Below are positions 12,617 to 22,757 of a stretch of 64,000 nt of DNA, one piece after another (the stretch's first letter is position 1; every line of letters starts with the position of its first letter). Position numbers and translations under genes: made by a program. This DNA is from Blasia pusilla. Taxonomy: Eukaryota. Under the pieces are notes generated by a model that saw nothing but the letters and a program-made list of their open reading frames with translations, was not told where the DNA came from and made no database searches. The stretch lies in contig CM114271.1 of assembly GCA_050084515.1 (NCBI GenBank), positions 33,976,001 to 34,040,000 of the forward strand. Direction: 5' to 3'.

Positions 12617-14673
12617 TGAAAAACAACGGAGATATACTATCTGAAATTCAAACGCATTGAGCCTACCCAATTTGAAAATATATTTGAGATTTTACTACAG
12701 GAATTGAGCCTTACCCGATCGACTCGTCGCGGATCGGAGTGGGTACTCATTTTTTATGATCCACGATTGCGCCGTTTCCTCCACTTTAGCGACCTCTTGA
12801 CGCGCTTTGGAGGTTGAAGAGCTCGTCCTCGCTCCCTCGAATCAACACTAAGAAGCAGCCCGTGTCACTCGAGATAGGCCCGCAAAGGAGAACAATAGCG
12901 ATTTGGTCATAAGAGAGCGCACATTCGATCGGGTACTCCATCCGACGGATTCCGCAACCCCGAGGGGCAGATCAGCGATCAAGAGATCCACCGCATTCTC
13001 TTCGACCACTCCATTCATCATCCAGGCAGCGTGCCCGTTGCGTTGGAGCTTCCGTCCCAACGTTGTCAATTTATCAATGGCTGGTGTCGACGCTTGAGAT
13101 ATCAAGCTTTTCAGCTCATCCAGTAAAGGAGTGAACTGAAGGAGGATGCTTGTCCGGGTCGTTGTTTCTCTGTGTCTTCCCAAGGATGATGGACTGTATT
13201 TTCCTTGGGACAACACTGGCACCTGTTGCTTCCGCTTCTCCCGAGTCTGCGGACCGCTTGTCGGGGTCTCTATGACCTCATACTCTGGTGGGGTTTTTTT
13301 CGCCGAGGACCTAGTCCGTCCCTCTCTCCCTGCTCGCCCGGACGATTCCGCCTCTGGCCTCGAATCTTCAGCCTCTCTTTGGGAAGACTCGGCCTCGGAA
13401 TTTTTCCCTCCCCTCGCCTTGCCTTTGAGATCCGCTCTGGATTTGTCTTTGGTTGTGCGGACCTTGGAAGCCAACTCAGCTGTCTCGTGGGCTTGCTCTT
13501 CCGCATCTCCTCCGAAGAAGTCTTCAGGCTGCAAAACATTGGGGATGTCGTCTTGTCTTGAGGCCACTGCATCATGAAGCACTCGTAAATCCTTATCGAT
13601 GATGTCTTCAGGGTCGTTGAAGTCAAGCCAAATGGGGCAATTCTCCACCTCCCAATCGGACATGTGCTGCCCCATCTCCATGTCGTACATGGAGAATGTC
13701 TCTCCATCAGGCGGCAAAGCCCACAATTTCAAGGCTGCCGGTAATTTTCCCCAGGTACCTGCATTCTTACACTGGATGAGGTACCTTGAGACCATCCGTT
13801 GGGCAGATTTTACTCGAACTAAATCGGCCATCTGCTCCTGTAGATCTCGCTTCTTCTTTGCTTGATCCCGTTTGTTCCCCTCGATTTCTTCGTCAAGCTC
13901 GCATGAGGGAGGACGCAAACCTTGAACATTGTCTTGAATCTGGGTTTTTGATTGGCTTGTCCGGATGTCGCCGAGCCAAACTCAAATCTGAGAACTTTCC
14001 AGTTCATCCGAATGGGTTCTAATCTTTTGAGCTCGCTTGCGCACCGCCCAACACGGACTTCCCGATAACCCGCAACGCGCCCCTAACGACCATTCGCGAG
14101 CGGATCGACACACCGGAGGATGGTGTGCCACCCTCTTTGGGCCTCAGGCCTCGAGACTGATTTTCATCGGATCCTCATAAACTCGCTTATGCCGGACAAC
14201 GTAAACCGATGCACGCGATCCGGGGACACTTTCTCCCCAATCCGACCTTGCGGATCTTCATCCCTTTTCGGGCGCTTGATAATCGCCTTGCTCCTTGTAA
14301 AACTCCGGACCAAGTTCGGGGTTGAGAATGCTGATGTATCGCGCATCTTGCTCACCGTGTATTTCGTGGGTCTGCAGATAGTGGAGCTTGATGAATTTCG
14401 CGCGCGAGACTCGCTCGGTCAAAGACTCTTCTTCGCGACATGTATCTTCGACCAGCAAAGGATGGTTCGGCTCCATCTTGGGAAATAAACTTATTTGCCC
14501 AAGTTTTTTTTTTATCTCAGGCACCCTTTGCAAGCATCTGATTTACCAGGGCGTCGCCCAAGAACCGCTTGTACTCTCCCGGGTGCGTCGTAAGCACCTT
14601 CTTCACCCGATCGCAGTCCTGGATCCAATGGTGGGTGACATTCCCCTCCGATACAATCCTGCACATCCAAACT

Positions 14674-15419
14674 CAACCCGTCAGAAAATTTGTAAGTTAC
14701 ATGGGTTCCTGCAACCCGTCGGACTCCGACGGATCGTCTCAGCTCAAGGTCAGATTCTAGCAACGAGCTAAATGATGCAACCCGTCGGAGTCCGACGAAT
14801 TGCATTCACATTTGTGAATGCGTGGTTTCAACCCGTTGGACTCCGACGGATTGTCAGATAGTCCGTATCAAACGTGAACATAGCAACCCGTCGGAGTTCG
14901 ACAGGTTGCGCAATTGAATTGAAACTTGCAATTTGACGCGAAATTTGCTAAACCAACTTCCGAATGCAACCCGTCGGACTCGAGTTGATTTCGCCAAAAC
15001 GATTTGAGTCAAGCAACAGCCGGACTCGACGGGTTGCTTTGGGCCAAAACATACTAAACCTGTGGTCAGTCGAACAACTCGTCGGAGTCCGACGAGTTGC
15101 TTTCTTCAAAAAACATCCTGAAAAGGCGGCGAGTCCAGCAACCCGTCGGACTCCGACGGGTTGCTTTGGGCCAAAAACTTATTAAACCTCTGGTCACTCG
15201 AACAACTCGTCGGAGTCCGATGAGTTGCATTCTTCAAAAAATATCCTGAAAAGGTCGAGTCGAGCAACTTGTCGGAGTCCGACGAGTTGCTTTCGGCAAA
15301 AAATAACCTAACCCATTCATCAATCGAGCAACTCGTCGGAGTCCGACGAGTTGCATTTGGCCAAAAGCATCCCAACAATAGTGCCGACCCAAACTACTTG
15401 TCGGAGTCCGACGGTTTGC
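14674..15419. repeat. Palindrome cluster B (~13 copies, ~63-64 bp period in the right half) in an intron
   Basis: Perfect AGCAACCCGTCGGA-C-TCCGACGGGTTGCT at 15137-15165. Other copies at 14711, 14777, 14884, 15075, 15203, 15264 and 15328. Confidence 0.92.
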
Positions 15420-16693
15420 AGCAAGAAGATACTTACGTGTTCATGGCATGCATTGCCATCTCCACCGTCGCCATGTGATGAGGGAATGGATGAAGGACCA
15501 CTGCCTTCACGCAAAAATGTGCCTCCAAGGAGTTGGACCGCTCCTCTGCAAACTTGCTCCACGCCATGAACTCGTGATTTCCAGATGAAACTGATTCCTC
15601 ATCCGCTGAATTCTGTGCCCTCTACTTGCCTTCTGAAATCCTGGTCTCTCATCCTCCAGAATGTGTCGAGCTTATCCAAGTCCTCCTCCGTAACGAGGGC
15701 TTGGGTTCCATGCTTGTCGTAAGGCTGAACATAGAAGGGAGGAAAGCTGTCGCCGCCGATTGTTTAAGCTTCGCGATGTCCTTGTCGGACTGAATTTCGT
15801 GGACGTATTCCATTGTCCGCAATCGGCAGAGTGGAATCCTTGCGGCGTTGTGGCCCTCCATCAGTGCCATCTGCTTTACCACCTATCAGAACCGGGACAA
15901 GATCAATAGGCTACACTGAATTCCCAATGAATTGCAATTCACATAATTCAGAAAACCCAGATCCTCTCTTACCTGCTCGAAAATTGGGTCGGTTTCTTCA
16001 CCATCCAACTTGTCTGAGATAGTAGCTGGAAAATCGACTGGGAACTCATCGATCCGATAGAGGTCGATGTCTTCCACCGGTCTTGGAGACGAGAATGACC
16101 GCTCTCCGGCTTCTTCGGCAATGTCCACCATCTCCACGCTGGCGGTCGTCATCACCTCATCGTCCGTGATTTGAACTTCTGGCGTTTTCGCTATGTTGAT
16201 TGTGTCCCCGGACTTCATCGGGGACATTTCCTACAGCTCAACACTTTTGGTTGGATGGGCAGGGCTGTCGTAAATGGCTATTGCTTTTTCCCTCCTCGCT
16301 TTAGCCAATTCTGCTCTCCTCACCGACGCGTCTAGACGATTCTTTTCTCTCTTTTCGTCGGCGATCCTTTTCTTCAAGGCCTACGACGTCTCAGCCTCTG
16401 CGTTCTCTCTATCGAGCGACTCTTGAACACGTCTCGCAAGAAGCTCCTGGTTGTGCATCTCCGCTTCCCTTTCCCGCTCCTCGATTTCCTGCTCCCTAAT
16501 TTCATTTGCCGAACTAGGCCCTGGAGATGCTGACGCAGGAGTTCTAATGGACTTCGGAGTGAAGCTCCGAGACATGTTTGCTTGAGCTTTTTTCCTCGTC
16601 ATTTTTCCGGGAAATATCTCCACCTATGTCCACGATGAATCGCTTGATCAATCGCCTTGTTGATGTCGAGATGAGTTGCCTTGATGGGTAGCT

Positions 16694-16791
16694 CGAATCG
16701 TCTCGCGATCGTTCAGTCGAACCGTCTCCCTCTCGTTCGGTCGAACCGTCTCGCTCTCGTTCGGTCGAACCGTCTCGCTCTCGTTCCCTCG
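16694..16791. repeat. 24-bp tandem repeat (~4 copies) in the predicted 5' leader of the MTase gene
   Basis: Unit CGAACCGTCTCGCTCTCGTTCGGT. Confidence 0.85.
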
Positions 16792-16909
16792 TATCGACTC
16801 GCGATGACTCGCCGTGTGAAACGCCCCTTGGTATCCGATCAGCTGCTGCGCGGGAGAGAGAGGAATGGAGATCGCGAAATGAGAAACCGGAAATGAGCGA
16901 TTTCTGCCC

Positions 16910-16917
16910 TATTTATA
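16910..16917 (-). promoter_or_regulatory. TATA box of the ParB-like/MTase gene
   Basis: TATAAATA on the minus strand with CTCATTTC initiator-like motifs 20-35 nt downstream. Confidence 0.6.
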
Positions 16918-17007
16918 CTTTTCTAGCCGTTGGGCTGACCGTTGGGTCCCGTCGTCCTTTCGACGGCGACGTGCCGGCCGTTACGGAAGTCCGAACGTGA
17001 AAAATGG

Positions 17008-17753
17008 CAACTCGTCGGACTGCGGGTTGCGTGCCTCCGCCGTCCTGGGAAGATAACGCGAGGTGCGCGAGCAACCCGTCGCAGACCGACGGGTTGAGCG
17101 CCTCCGCCGTCTTCGGACAAGAACGCGAGGTACCTGCGCAACCCGTCGGAGACCGACAGGTTGCGCGCCTCCGCCATCTTCGGAGAAGAACGGGGCGTAC
17201 CCGTGCAACCCGTCGGAGACCGACATGTTGCGCGCCTCCGCGTCTTCGGACAAGAACGGGACGTACCCGCGCAATCCGTCAGAGACCGTTGGGTTGCACG
17301 CTTCCCTCGTCAAGGGTTAACAACGCGGGCTTCCCGCGCAACTCGTCGGAGTCCGAGAGGTTGTACGCTTCCTTCATGTAAGCGAAACAAGGCGAGGCCC
17401 TTGCGCAACGCGTCGGAGGGCGACACGTTGCAGGCCTCGCCGTCTTTAGGCAAATAGGTGCGGCACCCGCGGAACTCGTCGGGAACAGACGGTTTGCACG
17501 CTTCCTTCATGTAAGTGTTACACCATGAGATAATTGGGCAATCCGTCTGATGCCGACGGGTTGCAAGCCTCCGGCATCTTTGGGCAAGAAGGAGCGGTAT
17601 CCGAGCAACTTGTCGGAGAGCGACGGGTTCCCAGCTTCGACCATGTTTGCGTTTGAAGGTAAGGCAGAAGCGTGCAACCCGTCCTAAGCCAACGGGTTGC
17701 AGGCTTCGCTTAGCTTGGGTTAATTGTTGAGTTACCAGGACTCCGACGGGTTC
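17008..17753. repeat. Palindrome cluster C: ~12 copies at 66-67 bp period between the two divergent promoters
   Basis: Palindrome starts (GCAA(C/T), GGAAC at 17471) at 17071, 17138, 17205, 17271, 17338, 17405, 17471, 17538, 17605 and 17674. Confidence 0.93.
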
Positions 17754-17929
17754 CAACAAAATGAAGTATGCTTCGCAACCCACGTCTCTGCTTCCCAAAT
17801 CCCGGTAACACATTGCAACAGAATTGAATCTGTTGCAGCAGAATTGGATCCATTGTGTCAGACAATGTCACCTACTGAACTTCATCTTGACAATAAAAAT
17901 CTGTAAGGAGTATCTATTTTCCTATTCAC

Positions 17930-17936
17930 TATAAAT
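17930..17936 (+). promoter_or_regulatory. TATA box of the transposase gene
   Basis: TATAAAT followed by a pyrimidine-rich TCATT-repeat initiator region (17943-17980), then coding-like sequence. Confidence 0.55.
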
Positions 17937-17999
17937 TAAAAATTCTCATTCTCATTTTCATTTTCATTCTCACCCTCCTCCCGTACAAAATTTCTGGGA

Positions 18000-20900
18000 G
18001 TGGATAATTATGTGAAGTTCACTTGTGGCAGTCATCTAGCGGGCCTTCCTCAATCAGAAATCATTCGACCGCAAGCTCGTGAGTCTTTCATAGCAGTGGA
18101 TGAAAATTTTCTCTCTGTTGGATTTCTTCTCCAAATTGGAATCATCTTTGTATCCAAAGATGTTAGGGTGGACAGTACGGAAGATATAATAGGTGAGACA
18201 GTCCAGCCAGTGACTGCAGACCGTAAAGTATGGAATCTCCTACCTCAAGAAAATGGTCAATACAGAGTTTACGGCCTGCCCTTGAATTCGTCTGTTTCCC
18301 AAGTAGACGGTGGAGAATTCCCTAGTGCTCCGGCTCTACGTTTGCAACTCCTAGCTTAGTACATCCGGCTTCGACTCCAACTTCACACGCTCGTATCAAT
18401 TTTGTTCTTCCTAAAGAGATTCTGGATGTTATCAACCTCAGTGGATCTGTCGGACACCAACCGGGCCCTCTGTCCGCCTACTCGTTCCTCTTGCGAGTAT
18501 CAGGCAATAGTTTGCTTTCGTCTTTGGCCTTGAAAATGTTCAAGCACATTCTTGTCGACGAGCTGCCGCCCACGTACGATGGTAATTGCATTTTTGAGTT
18601 GCCTCCACTGGCTTTTTGACGCCTGAAGGGTATGGACAGAAAGTCTGATTGTCATCGATGGTGTAGGCTTCAACGGACTAGTGCTTCAATTCCAGATGGT
18701 CCTTGGATTGTATCCCGCCGCCAATGCATGGGAGCCTTGGAGTGTAGAAGTCTAGCATGCTCGTATCTGGAGCCCAACGGGCGAGTCGATACGTCGCAAT
18801 TCCCCCCCAAGAATGCAGAAACTCCATATGAGGTCGGTGCCACCATACCGCCGGGAGGCCATCGATGTCCTCATTGTCAGGCATCGCCCTTCTACGTTGG
18901 AGCGTGTCCTGCATACATATTTTTCATTGTCCACGACTTGGGCTCCACGTCAGAGTACACAAGAATGGCAGTTCATGTTGGCTCCTACACTCATCCTGTG
19001 ACCGATGCAATTCAAAGACACATCAAGGAGGATGTGGCGAATAAAAGTTGTCGAGGTCTCCGAAAACTCTCCGGGTTCAAAGCCCGGAGTGATCAAGATC
19101 ACAACGGCATCACAAATTTGTGAAGAATTGCTTGGAATCCCTGGACAGGGCAAGATCACGGCGGCTGAGGAGAAAAAACTCTGGATAAATCTCGCATTTC
19201 TCGCTGATCCTGAATGCTTCCGGAATTTGCTGCTTCAAATACGAGTTTTGGATGGAAAGACGGCCGAAATGGATGCCATCGCCAGAACTAAGGCCAACTC
19301 CAGATTTCCATTCATTCAGAGATGGCAGTTCATGGGCCAAGGAGGCGAGGGATCCAGGGCCTATGTCTTCAAAATGTCAACCACAGGTCCGTCGAGTGGC
19401 CTCGATCTTATAGATTGAATGAGGGAAGGGGAAGATCTTTACGGCAGCTGGGTAAGCTTTGATATTTGCTCTGAGTCTTTGAACGGATAGTTGACGATGG
19501 GTGCTCACGTTTATGACCATGTGGAGAAGGGACTCAAAACTATATTTGTGCGTGAAGTAAAGGCGTAAGACGTTGGCGGTTTGAAGATGTTTGGTTACTC
19601 TTATTGGAGGTGGTGAAGGAAAACAAAAGGCCACCTCCGGAAATTTATGGGTTCATGGCAGATAATGCACAACCTGGGTGGATTGCTATCCGGGAAGTGT
19701 TCTGGGGTGGAGAGGTTCAACCGGAGAGGGAAAGGTTGGATGCTTTCCATTGGCAATGATCTGTGACCGGTACACCAAATCTTGCATCAAGGAGGATAAG
19801 AGGACAGAGCATTCACTCTACTCCAACGCTGCAAGGACAGCAAAACCTTGAAGCAGGACATGGAATGCCAGGAAGAACTTCATGGGTGGTGGAGGAAGCA
19901 TGCGATTGAGGGGAAGGACAATGAGTTGTGCTCTTGGTTGAGTTGGTGGACTGTACGTATGAGATAATGGGGAAACTTCATGCGGCAGGTGAGTTCACTA
20001 TTTTGTCTTGTCAAGCTCACGCTAAGAATTGTTTGTAAAGTTGCAACTCAGGTTGAGAAGCCGACGAAAACCGACGAGTTGCCCGAGTGTGTAACCCGAC
20101 GGAAACCGACGGGTTGCATCCAGAATTTTGGTGCAACCCGAGTGTGCAACCCGACGGAAACCGACGTGTCGCAGAGTCGTTCATGGGATGCCTCGGCCTT
20201 GCAACCCGTTTGAATCTGAGGGGTTGCAGTAGGTGGGTTTAGGGTTGCAACACGTCATGACCCGACGGGTCGCAGAGTCGTTCATGGGATGCCTCGGGCT
20301 TGCAAACCGTCTGGTTCCGATAGGTAGCTTATGTCTTTGACTGCTGAGTTATCTTCGTTCCCTTCTAACATTGCTGTCGTTGCAAAGATTGAACGTTCAT
20401 GAAAATGCCCTCTTCCCCAACACAAGTGGAGCAGAAAGTGTTCATTCCTCCTGGAGGTTGTCATAAGCATGCCAACAAATTTCACTTGTGGAGGCATGCT
20501 AACAAGACCAGGCAAGAGCAATGCTACAGTCTGCAGCATCCCATATCTTCCTCACAAAAGGCATAACAAAAGGAAGGGGGTCGTGGATCTACGAGCTCTA
20601 TGTCAAGGCGGCTATGAGATTTGGTGATGAAAAAATGTATGTGGAAGCCTTCAACCGGTGCGTAGCTGGAACTCCCCTCGAGCAAGACGTACACATTGGT
20701 GGGGATATTCGTGGGCGGGTTTCAAGACGTCCCATACAAATGGTGGTAGAGCAGTCCGAGCGAGACTCGTGGAGACCAGATAAGTATCTTGACTTCAGGG
20801 AGGTGAAGAGGCAGCATCGAGGAACGAATCCGGTGATTGATTTGGATGAGGAAATTACGCCGCCCAGGTATTAGGGGACCCCGCACCCGTCCCAAATCCG

Positions 20901-21885
20901 TGATGGAGTTACTTATCCAAAATCAGTGAATTTTTTATTTCAAAATCCCTCCGTTCTTTGGAAGTTGAACATCCCCATCCGGGGTGGTTCAACAATATGG
21001 GATTCCGGTAATGGAGGTGGATTGCAACCTTAAACAGTGGCATATATCTCGGAGCAATCCACGACGTGGACCCACTGCAGGGCAGGATCTGATGGCATTA
21101 GGAGAGCATGCGACACTTTCCTAAATAAGAATTATACAAGGATTGGACGACCACTGCCTGGGTTTTGGGGACTCAAAACCTTTGATCGTTTCACTTGGAC
21201 CGGGGATCAATTGAAGTACTTCTTCTGCCCAAATGAATCTTTCGCTTTCCGGAAGTCTTATCCGGCTGCCATTGGAGCTCCGGGGAATATCCCCACGATT
21301 TGGCCCATCGCCGCAGGTACAAACTGCACTCAAGATGAAGTGGACAATCTTACAAGTGTCGGTTTGAGACTCGTAGACGGGGGAAGTTCGGGGCATGTTC
21401 TCATTACAGAGACCTTCGCATTTCGTATTCAACCCAAGATTGATGTCAACATGTTCTCCGAGAAGGTGGATGATCTCAATCCACTATTTCTGTTTGAGTC
21501 TAGAAATGGGGTGAAGAGAAACAGAATGTGTAGGCCAACGGTGGAGAGAGCAAAGCAAATTGCATCAGCTCAGGAGGCAAAAATGGAGATCATCGCCACA
21601 AAAGATGTCGTGTGTGGCAATGGAATAGGAAGGATGTATTGGGTCAGGAACAACACTGTAAATTCAAGTGTCACAAGGATGTATGTGGTGCACATCTGTT
21701 GCTTTCCCACATGTTCATGTGATGACTTTGTCCAAAGAGAGACAAGTGGCAAAAGGTATTTCCCTTGTAAGCACATGAACTATGTGTTGCTGGTAGTTTT
21801 AAGAGAGTCGGAGGTAGGAATAGGAATCCACCAACAAATTCTGTCCCTCAAAGAAGTGTGAAGTATTTTAAACAAACCACTTTGA
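18000..21885 (+). pseudogene. MULE-family transposase: GCM-like Zn domain, DDE core, SWIM finger; many stops and frameshifts
   Basis: QCMGALEC...C...CPHC...ACPA...HVGSYTHP (GCM-like). WVSFD (D, 19461), GFMADNA (D, 19661), DAFHW (CxxH position), WLSWW, NTSGAESVHSSW (E, 20434). CSC...CKH SWIM at 21712-21774. Intron ~19989-20387. Confidence 0.82.
20043..20329. repeat. Palindrome cluster D (~6 copies) in the transposase intron
   Basis: AACCCGACGGAAACCGACGGGTTGC near 20093 and GCAACCCGTTTGAATCTGAGGGGTTGC at 20201. Confidence 0.85.
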
Positions 21886-22309
21886 GGATGCAAAATGAGG
21901 TTTTAGATTGTACTTTTATTTTTCCTGAACCTTCATTTTGAGCTTGAACTCTATTCAGCCCGGGGCAAATGATAGATTTTTTCCAGACCTTGGATGGAAA
22001 AAGTGATTGGTTCCACACTTATGATTCCACTGATTTTTCAGTTTTCTAAATTTTGTGCAATTGGCAACTCTTCGGACTCAGAGGGGTTGCCAAAATATGG
22101 AAGAGGAAAAAAAACTATGGGACTGCTTAATATATGAACAAAAAAGTGCAAAAAAATTCAAAAAAAAAGTTTCCTCTCTTCAACCCAACGGAAACTCTCT
22201 TAAAAAAAATGTATCTATTTCGGTTGAAGGTAGTTTCCTCTCTCCTCTCTCCTCTCTTCCCCTCTCCTCTCTCCTCTCTTCCTCTCTTCCTCTCCTCTTA
22301 CCGCACCTC

Positions 22310-22722
22310 GTTTGGGGGTTGGGTTGGAAAACCTGCACCAAGTCTATTGACACGATTTTAGACATCCCTCTTGGATTTCACCCCGCGACTCAATTACTTG
22401 GGTCTCGGTTTGGAACTCACATAAGATCATTTGAACATTTGGGATCGCTAGGCGCGCAAGTGCCGTTTCAGATCCCTGGACTAACCAGGAAGTCTGTTCC
22501 AAGTCTTGAAGGACTTGCCATGTGTTGGAAACTAGGAAGTAAGGAAGGTTGAGCTTGATGAGACGCCGAGTTGAGAACTGGGTGGGTTGGAACGCTGGTT
22601 GGCCCGGACTCGACTAACGAGAGTGCGTGTTTGGGTGCAGATCGGCGATGAGATCTTGTCCTACTTAACGTACGCTTCCGCAACACTAAATATTGGCATT
22701 CAAAGAGAGTAGGGGCGCGACA
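22310..22722 (+). repeat. 3' LTR, right part (after the MULE insertion)
   Basis: Colinear with 2153-2565 and ends GGGGCGCGACA. Confidence 0.93.
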
Positions 22723-22757
22723 TGGATAGTCAACCAATCCAAGTAAAAAGTCATAGT

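Larger units (their letters stand above)
11660..16602 (-). pseudogene. Multi-exon gene: low-complexity N-terminus, ParB/Srx-like domain, helical region, beta-class N6-adenine/N4-cytosine DNA methyltransferase domain; disrupted
   Basis: IPLCRLRTMEYV...DIAKLK...FYVQ...SGNHEFMAW (ParB-like GxHR region, ~15840-15440). VDLLIADLPLG (motif IV, DPPY-like, 12959-12991). EKSPALMKTLIELCSRPGDLVFDLVGLSG (motif X-I, 11981-12068). GT-AG introns at 14659-15436 (in-frame join MNT-IVSEG) and 12315-12714. Confidence 0.72.
8472..22309. mobile_element. Large Mutator/MULE-like DNA transposon with two divergent genes
   Basis: The site GTTTGGGGG, single-copy in the 5' LTR at 2153-2161, is found on both sides (8455-8471 with an expanded T run; 22310-22318), consistent with a 9-bp TSD. 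Imperfect inverted ends (GAGAGGAAGAGAGGAGAG / CTCTCCTCTCTTCCTCTC). Encodes a MULE-type DDE + SWIM transposase. Confidence 0.8.
1564..22722 (+). mobile_element. Ty3/Gypsy chromovirus LTR retrotransposon, decayed; 3' LTR interrupted by a ~13.8-kb DNA transposon
   Basis: Termini TGTCGCG...CGCGACA. 5-bp TSD GGGAT (1559-1563) vs TGGAT (22723-22727), one mismatch. tRNA-iMet PBS, PPT, and gag-PR-RT-RH-IN-chromodomain order. Confidence 0.93.

Noticed and set aside
11660-16602. Bacterial or phage contamination explaining the ParB-MTase gene
   Set aside because: The gene has GT-AG introns and a TATA box, and lies inside a TSD-bounded element nested in a plant LTR.
17008-17753. CRISPR array (27-bp palindromic repeat, ~40-bp spacers, fixed period)
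   Set aside because: Spacers are homologous to each other, repeats vary, no cas genes are present, and the context is a eukaryotic transposon with the same motif in introns.
14964-17813. Repetitive short ORFs (ATRRTPT, QPVGLRRVA) in the ORF track
   Set aside because: They are translations of the palindrome arrays, which are open in several frames on both strands.
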